The notes below the pieces were generated by a model. That model was not told the DNA's origin. It saw only the letters and a list, made by a program, of their open reading frames with translations, and did not search any database. The position numbers and the translations under genes were made by a program. A stretch of 62,630 bases of DNA, counting the filler, from Sphacelaria rigidula (taxonomy: Eukaryota), in assembly GCA_964200075.2 (NCBI GenBank). It is 6 parts of 6 records of this genome, joined end to end, with 100 filler letters (N's around TTAATTAATTAA, not from the genome) between each part and the next. Parts side by side here need not be neighbours in the genome. Positions count along the whole stretch, not along the records: positions 41,823 to 52,176 come from CAXNAA020006669.1; positions 52,277 to 62,630 come from CAXNAA020006670.1; 4 more parts are not named here. The stretch is one strand, 5' to 3'. Below, piece by piece: positions 50,803 through 62,623 of the stretch (the first letter of the stretch is position 1; every line of letters starts with the position of its first letter).

Positions 50803-52176
50803 GCGAGTGGCAGATATATGTAATCTGAAGTTTACTGGTGTCAATTCTTTCTGTATACTGAAACACAGTTATTCGTGTTATTGGCTAGTCATGACTGTAT
50901 TGATTTTGCTTCTGTTATTTTTATTGCCAACTGACTGTGACCACGGAAGGCGTCCGCATAAGATGCCCAGTACCAATGTACCGCGCAGATATCGGAACGG
51001 CTTTTAATGTGAAGACAACAACAACAACAACAACTGTCTTAATTTACCATCATCTCTCTCCTTTACTTGGGGCTCCTTGAAAGGCACTCGCGTCAGAAGT
51101 AGAATGGTTTATACCGGTGGGTCCGTCTACTGATACAGCACCATGTTTTACTTGGCGAAATGACTGGCAAGCTTTGCGTCCATCTGCCGGCTGTCGAATA
51201 GCCGAGAAAGTCCTCTTTGACGCGATGCTGGAAAACTTGATCGCACATCCCCCGAAAATCAGTCCAGGACCACGCCTGACGGCGCAAATTCCTGAGCCTA
51301 GCTTTCTTATACTTGAACCTTGTCGAACCACTGGCTACCCCTGTATTTCACGCCATCATGTCTCGATCAGACGCTTTACGAAGCGTACACTCGGGAAATA
51401 GGTACATGACGCCAGTAACAAAAGCACTTGACCCACACGACCAGCGGTACGCGAGCACACGAAAAGTGAAGCCACAATCCGATCCACTCTCAAAATAAGA
51501 TTTGGACAGAACAGCAGTAGAACTACCAAGGGCTCGAATCACAGTCTCGTGGGGGAAGGCATACTTATTCGTGTCTGTCTTACCCCTTGTTCGTCGTTTG
51601 ACCATTTACCACGAGTTCCTTGCGAGACGGAGCACTGTTCCTGCTCCTAGTAGAGGCACCTCCAACATCTGGACGCTCATTACGTTTCTTCCAGACACTA
51701 CACAAAAACCTTGTGCATATTTTATACCCTTCCTGGTTCGCCGTCTGTGGCCACTATCTATCTCCTGGTATAGCGATCGTTGTCGCTACTGTCGTGATGT
51801 ATCAAATGATTTCATATCGCCTTTATTTACTTTGCACACTTTCTCCCTGTAACACGTCCCGTTCGTCCTTATATAGTTCACATTCTGCCACTAAATGAGT
51901 TTTACTCTCAGTTGCTTTGCCACAGGGGCAATTCTGTGCGTCTACTTCCTTTTGCACTCGACTACTGGCATACCTCTTTCTTCTTTCTGACATGTCCAGG
52001 TCTCCGACCCGAAAGCGTGGGGTGGCGGGTTAGCCAGTATGTATGACTTGTGTCAGAAAATTATGTGTACGTGTGTGTGTGTGTGTTTCAAATTCCCTCC
52101 CTTGCCCCCTCCCCCTATAGCCTGGTCCGGCGAGAACCCGGCGTGCTCCGTCCCGGCTTTGTAGGGGCGGACCCCC

Positions 52177-52276
52177 NNNNNNNNNNNNNNNNNNNNNNNN
52201 NNNNNNNNNNNNNNNNNNNNTTAATTAATTAANNNNNNNNNNNNNNNNNNNNNNNNNNNNNNNNNNNNNNNNNNNN
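52177..52276. other. Artificial contig-joining spacer
   Basis: N44-TTAATTAATTAA-N44. Confidence 0.97.
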
Positions 52277-53449
52277 CTCCAGGATTCAAAAAAGGGGCAC
52301 AGGGTCTCGGGTTTTTTTTTTGGGGCACTCTCGGATGACATTCAAATCCCGTTTAAACCGGTGAGCGATTCGAAAACCATTCATCTGTAATATGCAGCAG
52401 CAGACTCTCCGTGAGGAGAGGAGGATGCAAACAAGCCAAGGCTGGCAGTACCTGTACTGTTGTCAGGTGCATACCCCAATCCTACTGTCATTTTGTTCGT
52501 AATCATGTAAGCATATTTGTTATAAAATCACCATACTAAAAATGGTACAAACATAGCCGGTAACGGCAAACTTCCAAATAAACTGGAAAAGCTGGAGTCC
52601 TCGTCACCAGTTCCAGTTAAACTCCAGTTCCAGTTTAACTGCCACTACAAACTGGTCCAGTTCACAGCCCTACTATATACCGCTTCTTCATCCCCGTCTA
52701 CTACATACATGCACACTGCAAGTCATCGGCAGAGGGATAAGCAGAATTCATGACGGTAGCTCCTTTTGTCTTTCCACCGCCCACCTGGGTTTAGTGCCTC
52801 GTGAAAATGACCACATTGTAGCATGTACACTCCTTCCCGGTTTTTCCGGTCCACCCTGTGTTCGTGTAAATTACTACGTTTCAGTATAAAATTGGAACCC
52901 GAAAAACACTCCGGAAAAACTCGGGAACGGTATACTGAGCGCAAGTAATACCATAAAAACAAGCTGCGACCACCCTGCACTGGGAAACCTGGGGAGGCTT
53001 ATCTGGGCCAGGGATTGGGCCCCCACAAGATCTTTGCAGTGCCATCACTCCCGACAACAATTCCCGCGCTGGTCGTTGAGATCTGGTCGATAAATTTCGC
53101 CTCGCCGTGATTGGGCAGGTCGCTCGAAGACTTCTTTTTTATTATTCCACTCACACAGGGTCAACCCTGTGTTAGTGGGGGTCCGGTCCCGAAAGGGTTA
53201 GTAGGACTGTGCTGTAATGTGTGCCAACGTCTCGTTGGGGCGGGCCGTTTGCATCTGGCATACGATAGTTGACTGAATTTATTCACGATATATGATGGGA
53301 GTTATGAGTGTGTGTTGACGTCCCATTTGTTCTGGACGCCGGTCTACCCCTTTCGGTATATGTGGGCGTACCAGTCGGGGTCACACAGGAGGAAGATCAA
53401 CCCAGAAGTGTTTTTTCCTTGTTTGTTTCCAGGCCAACTCTACTGGAAG

Positions 53450-53864
53450 CCGTTCAAAATTCCTGTGGAAATCTGCCTTTTGCGCCCTTCTCCGTCGATG
53501 ACGGTGACGCCTTGGAGTGACTTGCTCTACTCGTTGAGACCGATTTAGGGCAACTCTGCATGTCCCGCTGGCCACACTTTTCTTTTTGACCAAATCAGGC
53601 CAAACACGATTTTTCAGTGAAAAACGATCAGGTGATCACAATCTCCCTCAGTATTTTGATCGCTTGACCGTTTTTAATTGAAAATCCGTGTTCGGCCAAA
53701 AATAAAAGTGCGGCCAGCGGGAGATGTGAAGTTACCCTGGAACGGTCTCAGTGGGTATCGTAGAGCAAGTCATTCCCAGGAGTCAATATCCGCCTAGCCC
53801 TCTTTTCAGGCGTGAAGCGACGGAGAAGGGCCAAAATAGCAGTTAACAGCAGGAATCTTGAACG
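53450..53864. mobile_element. Foldback element related to F2
   Basis: CGTTCAA.ATTCCTG..CCCTTCTCCGTCG and TGACTTGCTCTAC..CCCGCTGGCC are mirrored by their reverse complements on the right side. Confidence 0.75.
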
Positions 53865-53875
53865 ATTTGCACTCG

Positions 53876-54119
53876 AGGCGGTCCTAGTCCTTCACCTTCC
53901 TTCTGCAATGCTTGCCTTTGTTTTTTTTATCGCGAGAGAGGCTCGGTAGTCCTTTTCCCTCCTCGACCGTTAGGTCCAACTTTGTGCATCCACGACATCG
54001 TTGCTCTCCACTTTTGGGCATGGTGTGAGACGAAATCCCAGATCGCTCCGAGATTCGAACCCACGACCCAACCTTCAGAAGGTTTCGAGGTTATCAACTG
54101 GGCCACCGGAGCGACCGGC
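53876..54119 (-). mobile_element. tRNA-derived SINE, copy 1
   Basis: Minus strand GCCGGTCGCTCCGGTGGCCCAGTTGATAACCTCGAAACCTTCTGAAGGTTGGGTCGTGGGTTCGAATCTCGGAGCGA has A and B boxes and is followed by a non-tRNA body. Confidence 0.8.
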
Positions 54120-54204
54120 TATGGTTATGCGTGAAAGTTTCCCTTCTTGGGCATTTACCGCTTCAAAAATTGCCCACCGCGAGGGGTAGGTGGGCTTCCA
54201 CTAG

Positions 54205-54446
54205 AGACGGTCCTAGTCCTTCACCTTCCTTCTGCGATGCTTGCCTTTGTTTTTTATCGCGAAAGGGGCTCGGTAGTCCTTTTCCCTCCTCGACCGTTAG
54301 GTCGAATTATGTGCACCCACGACATGGTCGCTCTCCACTGTTGGGCATGGTGTGGGAAGAAATCCCAGATCGCTCCGAGATTCGAACCCACAACCCAACC
54401 GTCAGAGGGTTTCGAGGCTACCAACTGAGCCACCGGAGCGACCGGC
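54205..54446 (-). mobile_element. tRNA-derived SINE, copy 2 (tandem duplicate, ~328-bp period)
   Basis: Close copy of 53876-54119. A-box TGGCTCAGTTGG, B-box GGTTCGAATC. Confidence 0.8.
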
Positions 54447-55241
54447 TACGGTTATGCGTGAAATTTTTCCTCCTTGGGTATTCACTTCTTCAAAATTTAC
54501 CCACCGCGAGGGGTACATCATGTGTGCGGCATCAAGTCCTTTGAGCAACCCGCCCCTTTGCCACCCCAGTACCCTACGACCGAAAATGCGGAGCCCGTGA
54601 GGAACTCCGCGTGTTGCATAAGTTGTTGTGATGGCGTTCTGTGGGTACAGTATAGTCTCCTGTTTCGGTCACTGGCCGCGCGAAAAAGCTCGGCGGTTCA
54701 AGTCCTATGACCGCGCCAAACTGCAGTTACAGTATCGGAGATGCTGTGGTCATCTCTCATTCCCAACTTTGAAATCCGGAGGTCATCCCCCTCTAGCTCC
54801 AACGTTCATGTTTCCCACAGGTTGAAGCGTCATCGGATGCATCAATAGCGTAGGGGTAATCTTGGATATTTCATAGCGCTAGTGGACGCACGTGTGACGT
54901 GTGGGTGATTCCCTTCGGATTCCGAGCGGTTGATTTCCAAGGGAGGCCCTGGGCACACACACATGCATTTGTTTCCGAATTACTGAAATGGTGCATTATT
55001 TCCCGCGAATATTCTCCGATCGCGTGCTTTTTGGACCGCATCGGGTTTAAACACCCTTATGGTTGGGGTTGTGAGGGTTAGTGTTGAGGTTAGGGTCAGG
55101 GGTGTGGTCCCTGCAAGGGCTGGCCCGATTGGTTTCGGAAAACATCGATCCTGAGGTGTTCCGAATCACGATGCAGTCCCCTGAGCACGCGGTTCTCTCA
55201 CGCATTACAGCGGGTGAATCTATCACAGAAATAACAGCCCA

Positions 55242-55663
55242 TCATCGAAATTGAGGATAAAGCTTTTTATTGAGGATGAGACCCGGAAGATTCAAATCTT
55301 CGTATCCACACCAAATCTTCGAACTATGGTTCCTTTCCTTCACAGACTGGTAGCCATTGACTATCACTTCACGGCATACAAATTTGAATTTCAATACCCG
55401 AAATGTTGGGGTTCTGGGTGAAAAACCACTTTCGAGGGATTTCGGCGATCCGATCGGATCACCTAAATTCTGCGAACTTGTTTTTTCATCTAGGACCTCA
55501 ACATTTTGGTTATCGCAATCCCAAATTGTAGGGCGTGTAGCAGTTGTCAAAATCTACCAGAAGGTGAAGGAATGGAACAATATTTCGAAGATTTTGTGTG
55601 GATACGAAGATTTTGACCCTCAGGGTTCTCATCCTCGAAACGGTCCATCCTCAGTTTCGATGA
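55242..55663. mobile_element. Foldback F1 copy
   Basis: TCATCGAAATTGAGGAT / ATCCTCAGTTTCGATGA ends. Internal arms match 12850-13284. Confidence 0.85.
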
Positions 55664-58514
55664 CAAAATGTATACTCGGTGAAAGGTCGTCTGAAGAGAC
55701 ATGCAGGCAGGCTGGCAGGTGATGGTTGCCGGATGGCGGTGGTGGATATATCACGCGAAAGTGACTGAAAGGTCTGAATGACCGAATCAATAATAGCGAT
55801 ACTTCGAAGTAAGACGTTAAGTTCCGAGCGCGGTATATCGTTACACTCAACTTGGTGTAGGAAGCATATAACAACGTTTTCGTGAGATTGAGTGTAGAGC
55901 GCTGGTTGAGGGTGGCCTTATCATTCGCTTCAAGTTGGCCATTTTTCCATTCCGTGTGTGCTTTTCTTTGCCTCCATCAATAGCGTGTGCTTACAGCTAC
56001 ACGTCTATATCCTAGTCAGGGATATCAAGGGCCTCAGTGGCAAGCTACTACAGGAAGCATATTGGGCCTCGTGGAGAAGCATTTCGGAACTGGAATGATT
56101 CAGTCACCAACGGACCGTTTTTCACTCTCAATCTCACGAAAACATTGTTATATACGATGTGCTTCTATATCATGCATTGCCGCAGGTACTGTCCTGAAGA
56201 GTAAAATGACTCATATATATTACCGATAATCTCTTACTGACGTCCGCTAAAACAGAACGGCCAATCCACCTGTAAGTATGGCCACCGTATATCCCGTTTC
56301 GCAGGGTATTGTTGTGGGGCCTTACTCGATAGTGTCTTCGAAAACCGTGGTATTTGGTACACTTGTTGTCGTCCGTATGACATATAATGTGCGTGAAAAG
56401 AAGATATACCATCGATACATGAGTTTCGTTTTTCGGTGGAACATGGATATTTCATGTTAGAATTGCAACGTTATGATGTTACAGTAGTGCCGACACTTTG
56501 AAAGGTGATGTACCGTGACGAGGTGATGAGTCTCTGGCAAAACTCTTGTTGTTGTGGGGCTTCCCCTCCTATGTTGCAGCATCCACGCCACCGCCTCCCT
56601 CCCACGAGCCTCGTGCTGCGTTTTGAGACGATATGAGCTTCGCAGATCTGGCTGATTTCGATTGGTGGATTGATTGTTGCACATGATGGAAGTGATGCGC
56701 TGCGTTGTGAACCCAGCCGTGCTCGCGTATCCTTTTCCGCCGGCCAGCGGTGGAAATAGGTTCGCGCCTTTTCCCACGTCCCCCCTGCGTGTGCTGGATT
56801 GCCAAGCCGACAACCTCCGCAGAGGCCGGCTCCTTGAGTTTGTGAACTCTAATAGCTGGTTCCGCACTTTTTTTTTCTGACTTTTTTTGCGGTGATGGCG
56901 GGGCCGGTATTCAAAGCAGCGACCTTTCCCTTTTGTTTGGCAACCATGCAGAGTTGTCTCTCGGCGTTGCCGATGTCAAACGGTGACGGGTTCTCCATAC
57001 ACAGTTTAGGGCATCTCCTCCTTGCGCGTGTGGTCGTGTAATATCGACAGAGTCACGAATTTTCGCTGCTCGCTTCCACGCCCATGCAGTCGTACCTCTC
57101 CTGCGCTGGTCATCTGGCAATGCTGGTTTTTTGTTTGTATTAATTCAACACTATGCCTCCAAGTCAATGACAGGAAAAATGCTCACGGGCGAGGAAAAAC
57201 CAAAGACGGATGGAGATGGACGTAATCGGCCGACATGATGATACTCAAGGGTTAAGTTGCACGACTGCACGATCCAGGCGTCCACTCTTCGCGGAGTGTT
57301 GTTGCACTGTCGTAGACAGTACGTAGTATTCATTCAATGCACGAGAGATCATGCGAGTATCTATCGTATCCAAGAAAGCATTTGAGAAGACGTGTATATG
57401 GCCATGTGCCGTCATCGAGGAGTGTTTCATGACACTATAATAGTCATTTTCCAACAATGGAACATGACCCGTGTTTGATGGTGACGTGGTCGGTTTGCGC
57501 GGTTCATGACAATTTCAATGTATGCATGAAAGACCACATGAGCCGTCAGAGTGTAATGACAAGAAGTGACAAGGCGAATATATGATCATATGTCCAAAGG
57601 ACGTGCTTTCCTTACGAGTTAAGGCCTACGAGCTGGGTTAGCCTACAAAAAGATTTAGGCTGTCAAAGCAATATCTCATCGACACAGACGAGTTGGGCCG
57701 TGATCCGCACGTAGTATTAATCATCTAATCAAAATTAAGATGCCCATCTGCTCGAAAATCTGGGCCGATTTTTTCTCCTTGATTAAATTCCATGTATAGT
57801 AATTCCTATACCGTACGGAGATAGCGTCCACACTAAAATCTACATGAAACCCCGAACGATCCATTCAGCGGATGATGATTTTTGGTGTGGACCTTCCCTG
57901 GAGCATGGAGAGACGATAGATACCCTCGCCTTCACCTAATTCGTAATCTATCTCGAGATATCGCGCACATAATGTTTCATACTAAAATCGATATATTAAC
58001 AAGAGGGGCACTAGATGCCCCAAGTCTGGATATCACGTCTCAGTTTTTGAAAGTTATGCTATGAAATTTGGTATGTAGAACCGTTACTGTAGTGCATAAT
58101 GATCAAAAAAAGTAGCGTTTTACCTCTTGCCGTTTTTTTTCGTGTTTTTAGGGAAGTTTTCAGGATAAATGAACATTGCTCCTAGGCCTTATATATATTT
58201 TAGCTCAATTTTTAGAATTGTGATTTGAAACTTAGGATGGAGAACCACAGGGGTATGCTGAATTAAAAAAATGAGCCTTCAACTTTTCTTGTTTTTTGGG
58301 AGAGGTTCGGGCGTTCTCATGACAATGATGGTTACCTTACTAAAACGCCCTAAACCGGCGAAAAAAATGAATCAAAGTCAACCTGATCCATTTCTCGTGG
58401 TTCATTAGGACCTAGTGAGGTCCCGCACAAAGTTTTAATATACAAACACCAAACGTTGGCCGGTAAACGGCCTGCAAAATGTTGTCCCGAATTTCCACCG
58501 CCCGGGTTTCCAAA

Positions 58515-58779
58515 CGCGAATTCGCAATTTTTACTTGGAGTTGGATCCTGAAATTTGGTATGGACAATCAATAGGGCATAAAAAGAATAATTATGCCGGA
58601 TCTCAAAGAGTTTTTTTTTCCTGAGTTAAGGGCAATGGTCAGTTTTCATGTTTTTGTAAAATGCCGTTAATTCACTAAATATAATATATCTTGGACCCGG
58701 CATACTTTTTTTTATGCCCTATTGATTGTCCATACCAATTTTCAGTGTCCAGCTCTACGTGAAAAAATGCGTATTCGTC
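58515..58779. mobile_element. Foldback/inverted-repeat element F4
   Basis: TGGTATGGACAATCAATAGGGCATAAAAA has a perfect inverted copy TTTTTATGCCCTATTGATTGTCCATACCA, with imperfect extension on both sides. Confidence 0.75.
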
Positions 58780-61700
58780 TGCAAGCTACAAATTCGCTTT
58801 TAGGCCGGCCCAGCTCGTAGGCGTTGCTGCTCGCCTTCGTAGGTATCAAGCAAGGGCGACATCATCGATGGATACCTGCACAGTCTACGGACGGGTCAAG
58901 CCTCGCACAGCACATCGTCCGTGACACACACACCCTATTTTTGCTTCTCTTCAATGGTTCAACACGAAGTTCCAGTGCCCCTTCAGTTCACGCCCGATTG
59001 AATCACACTGGAGTCGCCGTTGCTGGTGAACGTGCGAGCCCTAGCATGTTATCTGTTGTAGACGGATTTACTTACACGTTCGCGGGTCACCAAGTGAGTG
59101 TTGTCGATGGTTTAACTCCCCTCCCCCCTCTCTTTCTCGTTCTTCTCGTCTCGTACTTGTCGTCGTCCTCTCCCCCTTCCCCCCCATACTCTTTGAGGCG
59201 AATCCAAAGCCTTGAGGTCAACCAATATTTCCCTTGTTTCTTGGGAACCACCCTGTTGAGGCGATCGATCTCCGCACGTGTCTGTCGAGGACTCGTTCCG
59301 CTTCCATGGTGCCAAAGTAGTCGTAGATGTTGCACCCCTTCACGTACAGTGCCGTTCGTAAGCGACTACTGGTGCATGTCTGGATTTTTACTCATGTACC
59401 GTACATGGCGTAGACATCAAAGTTGCACGTGCTTGGCATGCACAGAAAAAAAATCGAGATGCTACGAATTCCATTGTCGTTTGCATGTAGTCCGCTTCGT
59501 TTTCGCTCTAAGCATAGAGCAGCAGCGCCAACATTAGAAGGCCTGAAGGTTAAGTTGCCGGTGACGAGATCAACACTTTCAAACCCGTAGGTCGTTTTGC
59601 GCCGGTGGTATTCGTACCTCCCTTCGTCGCTTACTGTGCATGTGTCTCTTCTTCCCTTGGCTGGATATCTATTTTCTCGTCTCAAACAGCGGGTGCACTA
59701 GCGCCGCGCCGCTGGAGCACCCCGGTGCATCATCGCCCGCGACAACAGCGGCTACAACAACCGCATTGAGCAGCCTGGCCATGCCGTTCCCCGCGACGGG
59801 CTGCTGTCTGCTCTGCAGGCAAGGACGGGCATGTTGGACCCCGAGGCCTTGGCTGCTGGGAACCTCAGCTCCAACCAAGAGAGTACTGGCGAGCGCCGCG
59901 CTCTCGCGCGGATGTAACAGGTATTGAAATACGCGTTCGGGTAGTGCACTATAAAGTGATGGGTCGTGTCTATGCTCTGAAGTAGGGAAGGGGAAGCCAG
60001 CTTGGCGTATTTAGCGGCAGGATCGGTTTTTATTTTTTTGCATAGACGAGGTGCGCCCCTCTCTGGGAGTTCGAGGCCCATTGGCCATCTTTTGTAAGCC
60101 GGTAAAACACATCGTGCCCGTGTCCGTCAACAAGGGTAAGCAGCGTGTACGCGGTCCCCTCGTGTGTCTCAAGCTTGGTCCGGCGAGAACCCGGCGTGCT
60201 TCGTCCCGACTTTGTAGGGGCGGACCCCCTGTGCGGTTGGCGTCGTTTGGCGATGATGCCGTAAAACACGTCGCTCACTGCGTATGCTAGGCAACCAAGT
60301 TACCGATCTTATTTTGCGCGTTTGCGTTTTTTTTTGCGGTAACCATGATGGTGGTCGAGCTAGATCATATTGTGCGGGGTGGGAGAGCCTCAACTCCGCA
60401 CAAAGGAGAGGATCGTACTACGTAGTGTTTACATGATTAAACACCAACGAGGCAGTGTGTAACCCGTGGCTGTCTCTGAAACCGGCGATACCACGGAATA
60501 AAGCAACTCATTAGAGGCTGTCATCCGAATGCAATATAATGAAAAGGCTTCGGGCCGAACAATCGTCGCAGGATGCAGCTCACCCTTCATGCGACTCGCC
60601 GAACACACCACGGCGCTTCGCGCTCGGTGATTGAGTGCAAGCCTGGTTCCGCGAAGACCTGGTGTGCTACGTCCCGGCTTTGTGGAGATGCGCGGTCAAT
60701 GGTGATATGAAAATGACCTGCAAGATCATTAGTACACCCCCCTTCGTGCGCCTTGACCACCAACTGCAGTTCCCGTCTCTTTACTGTTTCATAATGACCT
60801 TGACCTCCTCATCCCTGTCGTGGAGCATCTGTTGGTGATGCCCACAGTCATTTACGGGTCAAGGCGCACGAGGGGGGGGCGTACTTACACATCAAGGGGG
60901 GCGTACTCATCTAGTGATCGCGCGGCAGCGGGGGCAAAGGCGAAGGGAGAGGAGGAAGGCTAGGGTCAAACGTCGGACTGCATGCAATATTTCATCTAAA
61001 CGGTTAGTATCAGCCATGTTCGCCGTTTGCGGCCTCAAACAAACGGCGAATGTGAGTTTGGTCCCAATCATGTATTCCTGCGTCCGACACAAACAGCTCA
61101 TGTACAATGTCATTCATGCCCGCCCACGCGCCAAAAGGCAGAAATGAAAGAAGCACACCATCATCCAGGCCCTCATTCCTGGACAGAGGCACGTGAACAG
61201 TAAAATATTATACAAAAACGTCCCACCATGGAGCTGTCGTCGTTCAGCTGCGTCAGTACTGCTTTGCTCGACAGCGTGCAGCAACTGCCAGAAATCCATG
61301 CCCCCCCCGCGTAAGCTCTGTCTGAGTTACAGAAGGAACATAATGATCGCCAGAATGTTGGAGGTGTCTCAATAAGGAGTAGGAACGGTGCTCCGTCTCG
61401 AAAGGGATGCGTGGTCAATGGTCAGACGACTAAGGCAAGCAACACATGAGAACGCCCCCCCGCGTGCAGCTTGGACGACGTTACGCACAGCCTGCTGGAG
61501 GTGTGAAATCTTCTCGTTGCCCTGTTCGAGCTCGTCCCTGGTCCGGACCAGCTTTCCCATGGTCTGGACCAGCTGATCCTTCGTCTGGAGCAACTCTCCG
61601 CCGGTCCTCACCAACTACAGCTCCCGCCTTCACTATTTCCTCTCCGACTTTCACCTACTCATCCCCGTCACGGAGCATCTGTTGGTGACGCCCCACGTGC

Positions 61701-61809
61701 AGTCCGACGTTTGACCCTAGCCTTCCCCCTCTCCCTTCGCCTTTGCCCCCGCTGCCGCGCGATCGCCCACAACAGCTTGTGCCTTCATCTTCTCCACACG
61801 TGAGTGTAG

Positions 61810-62532
61810 GTGATGACAGCGATGGTGACAATGATGACGACAGCGAAAACGACAGTGACAACGGCAGCTACGATAGCAGTAGTGGTGACAGCGATGATAG
61901 CTATGATAGCAGCTATGAACGCTCAGCACGACGTGTTGATCAGCAGGTGGCACCCGGCGGACCTACGGCCGAACGATGTTGAATTCCTGGGTAGCTGAGC
62001 GGCGGCGTTCGAGCACGCCGAGCGGTTCAACCACGCAGATGTCACGGTAGGCGACATGCTGGGCTGCGGAGGCCAAGGCGGAGTGAACCACCTGGAATTT
62101 ACAGACCCCGAGCTTCAACGTCTCGTGATGGAATTTACGGGGGACTGGGGAGTCATGAAGACGACGGGGAAGGTATGCAAACGATTTCGCGTTTATGGTG
62201 AAGGCTCCGGAAAGTTGAGTCACTTGTGATGAGAGGCATGTGGGACTTTTGTCGTCGGAATGACGCACGCGTTTTCGGCGGACCCGGTATACATGAAGTC
62301 AGCAGCTTCTTTTTTCATAGTAGAGTGGTATCATGCCGCTCTTAATAAGCATTGGGTATCACCGAAGAACGACGGTTGCACACGCTTCGCCATGTCATGT
62401 AGCCGAAGCGCTTGCCGGGTGTCTTTTCGGTTACGTTCGCGCGCGTGAAATCAACGAGCACGAAGGGCGTTCGGCGGGCGCTGGTTTGCACGCATGCGCC
62501 CGAATATCATATTCGCCGAGGACGAGAGCTGA
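61810..62532 (+). pseudogene. Decayed Ser/Thr protein kinase pseudogene
   Basis: In order: LGCGGQGGV (Gly loop, from 62059), VMK (subdomain II), FVVGMTHAF (IV), FFIVEWY (hinge), RFAMSC/AEAL (VIa) and RMRPNIIF (degenerate VIb). In-frame stops and frameshifts. Acidic D/S tract upstream. Confidence 0.6.
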
Positions 62533-62554
62533 AGTAAGTGATCGTGACAAGCTC

Positions 62555-62555
<1 letters not shown>

Positions 62556-62623
<68 letters not shown>

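Noticed and set aside
54043..54446. Functional tRNA-Gln genes
   Set aside because: The arms do not form a canonical cloverleaf, and each head is fused to a repeated body, which indicates a SINE.
55072..55102. Telomere-like GGGTTAG motifs
   Set aside because: Only a few degenerate units, too short to call an interstitial telomere.
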